Both the position numbers and the translations under genes were made by a program. A stretch of 32,000 nucleotides of DNA, from the NCBI RefSeq assembly GCF_009184905.1, contig NZ_WESC01000001.1, positions 268,679-300,678 of the forward strand, written 5' to 3'. Below are positions 29,846 to 32,000 of the stretch, piece after piece. Under the pieces are notes generated by a model. That model was given only the letters and a program-made list of their open reading frames with translations, had not been told where the DNA came from and did not search any database. Numbering within the stretch: position 1 is the stretch's first letter; every line of letters starts with the position of its first letter. This stretch comes from Parvibaculum sedimenti. Its GTDB lineage: Bacteria; Pseudomonadota; Alphaproteobacteria; Parvibaculales; Parvibaculaceae.

Positions 29846-31991
29846 CGGCCCCCTCCATCACCTCGGTGTCGTCGCCTTCCTCCTCCAGCGCCTCGTCGTC
29901 GGCAATCGGCTCGTCCGCAGCTTCGGCGATCTCGACATGGCGCACGTCCAGCTTGCCGGTGACGACATCGGCAATCAGGCGCTCTCGGTATTCCCGGATC
30001 AGCGTGATCTCGCTCTGAGCCTTCTCGATTGCCTCGTCGAAGGCGGCGGTCTCAGCCGCAATGTGATCGAGGATGGCCTTCTGTTCGGCCAGATGAGGGG
30101 AAAACGCCACATGAAGCGTGCCCAGACGCCCCTCTGAAATCGCCGGATAGGCAACGCCGATCGACGCTCGTATGACACGCTCAATGAACGTGCTGCTCTG
30201 AAGGACGTAGCCGAGCAAACGGGGCTCCACCTGCTCGACGGGCCGCAGCACGGCGAAGCCTGTGGAAGCGATGAGGTCCGGCCAGTCGTTCTCGATAAAA
30301 TAGACCGCCTTCAGGTACGTTCGAACTGTCGAAAGGATCGTGTCGCCCTTCTGCACGATCTGTCGCGCGCGAGACGGGGCATCTTCGAATTTCATGCGTT
30401 CTGGCTTGGCGGTCAGAAACCCAGTCCCGACACAGCTGATGTCGAGATAATCGAACTCGTACTCTGGCGAGGTCTTGTCGCCGAGTGCTTTGGCGCGTTC
30501 GCGCAGCCAGTGCTTGAGCGGCTTCACCTCCCAATGGGCGGGAACCTCGGGCATCCAGTCGATGCCGGTGGGCTTCATCGGGGCATTGGAGTCTAAGCCG
30601 TGCGTGACGGCTCGGTTGATGATCGCCTGCTTCTGCTCGTTCAGTAGCCCGATCAGCCGCCGCTTGTTGCGGATCAGGCGGCGGACGCGGCGGTCATATG
30701 AATCGATGAATGCGACAATCTTGGTCTGTTCTTCCGTCGGCGGGACGACAACGCGCAGGTCGTAGAAATCATCGGAGTAGAGACGCCAGAACCCTTCGAC
30801 GATCCCTTTGGTGCGCTTGCGCAGCTCCGTCTTATAAATCGGCGACTTGTACAGATGTTCGAAGTAACGCACCTCAGCGCCATCAACGCGGCGGAACACC
30901 GTGTAGTCCGGGCTGATAACGCCAGGCATCGAGGCGTGCGCGAACACACCGAGGTGAGCCTTCAACCGATTCAGAACGAGGTCGCCCGCCTCGCAGAGTT
31001 TCCCGCCTGCGTAACTCTCTGAGCGCAGGCGCCAAGTGTCGATCTTCGAACTTTCGACAAGGCCATGAACTTGGCTCATTGAAAGCTGCGTTTCCTCACC
31101 GGTTTCTGATCTCTTATCGACCTCGCGGAAGACGTACTTGCTGCGCCGAACTTCCCAATGCTCCGGGATCTCTCCGAGCCAAGGCAGGCCGCTGTCCCGA
31201 TATCCGGAATAGGGCATTGGCTTCTTACTGGTGTACGCCTCGGCCGGGCGGTTGCTCTGCTGAATGTTCATTTGCCCCCGGGCGATCGTCGGCTGGTCGA
31301 AAAGAGAAGGTTGCGGGAGGTCTCGCGGTAGTGGCGAGGCGGTTGGCTGCGACGCGTGCGGCTCGATCCCGATCGGCTTCTCCCAACCGTCAGCGGCGCA
31401 AATCGCCTCGATGGGCTGGCGGAACAGAAGGAACTCGGGGATCGCCAGCGGCTCGATGACCCGAAGGCTCTCGGCCTCGTCGCCCTTCATCTGCTCGCGA
31501 AGCTCCATCAGCAGGCGGCCCAGCACGTTCATGCCGACGAGTGATCCGTCCTCGGCCACCTTCGCGCCCCAAAAATCATCCTTGCGGGATTGCTCGACGA
31601 TGGGGCGGTCTCCCGTCGCCAGCAGCAGCCTGCCGAACTCGCGCCAGTTCTGTGCCAGCTTCACCCGCAGGCACCAGCGCATGATCTTCACGCGCACCGC
31701 GTCCCAGTCCGGCCGCGAGTCCTTGCGGAACGGCTTGCTGCGCATCTTGGCCGTCATCGGGCTGTGCTCGTCGATGATCTTGCGCTGCACATCGGGCAGA
31801 TGTGGGAAACGGCAGGCTTGATAGAGCGCTTCCGACGTGCGGATGCGAACGCCGTTCACCCGCAGCGGGAAGCCCGGCGCCATGTTCGACAGACCGCCGA
31901 ACCGCTCGTTCGTCTTCAGAAAGACGACGCTCGATTCGCGGTCGTAGGTGCGAAACTGGTTGCCCCGGGGCGCTTCAGAAGTCGAAGTCAT
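29832..31991 (-). CDS. hsdS: NADAR (YbiA/DUF1768-like) domain fused in frame to a Type I restriction specificity subunit
   Basis: Residues 20-168 are NADAR-like: GGLSNMAP, TSEALYQACRF, SPMTAKM, VRVKIMRWCLRVKLAQN, LLLATGDRPIVEQSRKDDFWG, GMNVLGRLLMELREQ. Residues 170-265 are a P/Q-rich linker. Residues 266-684 are a two-TRD HsdS with both conserved helical regions, followed by a 35-aa acidic tail. No in-frame stop separates the parts. Overlaps the hsdR start by 14 nt. Confidence 0.85.
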   Translation of the reverse strand: MTSTSEAPRGNQFRTYDRESSVVFLKTNERFGGLSNMAPGFPLRVNGVRIRTSEALYQACRFPHLPDVQRKIIDEHSPMTAKMRSKPFRKDSRPDWDAVRVKIMRWCLRVKLAQNWREFGRLLLATGDRPIVEQSRKDDFWGAKVAEDGSLVGMNVLGRLLMELREQMKGDEAESLRVIEPLAIPEFLLFRQPIEAICAADGWEKPIGIEPHASQPTASPLPRDLPQPSLFDQPTIARGQMNIQQSNRPAEAYTSKKPMPYSGYRDSGLPWLGEIPEHWEVRRSKYVFREVDKRSETGEETQLSMSQVHGLVESSKIDTWRLRSESYAGGKLCEAGDLVLNRLKAHLGVFAHASMPGVISPDYTVFRRVDGAEVRYFEHLYKSPIYKTELRKRTKGIVEGFWRLYSDDFYDLRVVVPPTEEQTKIVAFIDSYDRRVRRLIRNKRRLIGLLNEQKQAIINRAVTHGLDSNAPMKPTGIDWMPEVPAHWEVKPLKHWLRERAKALGDKTSPEYEFDYLDISCVGTGFLTAKPERMKFEDAPSRARQIVQKGDTILSTVRTYLKAVYFIENDWPDLIASTGFAVLRPVEQVEPRLLGYVLQSSTFIERVIRASIGVAYPAISEGRLGTLHVAFSPHLAEQKAILDHIAAETAAFDEAIEKAQSEITLIREYRERLIADVVTGKLDVRHVEIAEAADEPIADDEALEEEGDDTEVMEGADADD

Positions 31992-32000
31992 CGAAATCGA
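31975..32000 (-). CDS. 3' end of an upstream gene in the same operon (possibly hsdM)
   Basis: The minus-strand frame reads ...DFDDFDF-stop (TGA at 31977-31975), overlapping the NADAR-hsdS ATG by 17 nt. Only 8 codons are visible, so the identity is a guess from operon context. Confidence 0.2.

Noticed and set aside
27779-29962. + strand ORFs 27779..28588 and 28940..29962 (269 and 340 aa) inside the R-M region
   Set aside because: They lie antisense to hsdR, which has complete helicase and nuclease motifs. No start context or motifs support them.
1-32000. Search by eye for tRNA/tmRNA genes, CRISPR repeats, IS/transposase or integrase genes, and att-type long direct repeats
   Set aside because: None found. 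No cloverleaf-like GC-rich 75-nt islands in the intergenic gaps, no regularly spaced repeats, and no DDE or tyrosine-recombinase motifs in any frame. The integrase and att sites, if any, are outside the window.

Overview
Nt 1 to about 26.6 kb is a high-GC temperate siphovirus-type prophage of the kind common in Alphaproteobacteria (taxon is inference). All late genes are on the + strand. In order:
- the end of a recombination/early module (RuvC-like resolvase)
- two tandem DNA methyltransferases: a ParB-domain N6A/N4C enzyme, and a C5-cytosine enzyme whose conserved motifs are split between two overlapping reading frames
- a short antisense module (DUF3489-type protein)
- lambda-like packaging and head genes (small terminase, GpA-type large terminase, gpW, lambda-family portal, prohead protease-major capsid fusion, DUF2190 decoration protein)
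- connector and tail genes, including a G/GT-type -1 frameshift chaperone pair, and a tape measure protein
- an RcGTA g12-g15-like tail-tip block and a DUF2793 fibre with a C1q-like head
- a lysis cassette (M15 endolysin, overlapped spanins)

A low-GC, opposite-strand moron encoding a PD-(D/E)xK-like protein is wedged exactly between two connector/tail genes. From about 26.7 kb to the window end there is a less GC-rich minus-strand Type I restriction-modification operon. It contains hsdR and an hsdS fused in frame to an N-terminal NADAR (YbiA-like, ADP-ribose-processing) domain; hsdM is presumably beyond nt 32000.

The NADAR-HsdS fusion is my top candidate for an undescribed system. The secondary candidates:
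- the moron
- the split-frame Dcm
- a Cys-rich ORF inserted into the GTA-like tail block
- a 17-bp palindrome type that occurs at both ends of the late region

No tRNA, rRNA, CRISPR array or transposase was seen. All family assignments are from reading the translations, not from searches.
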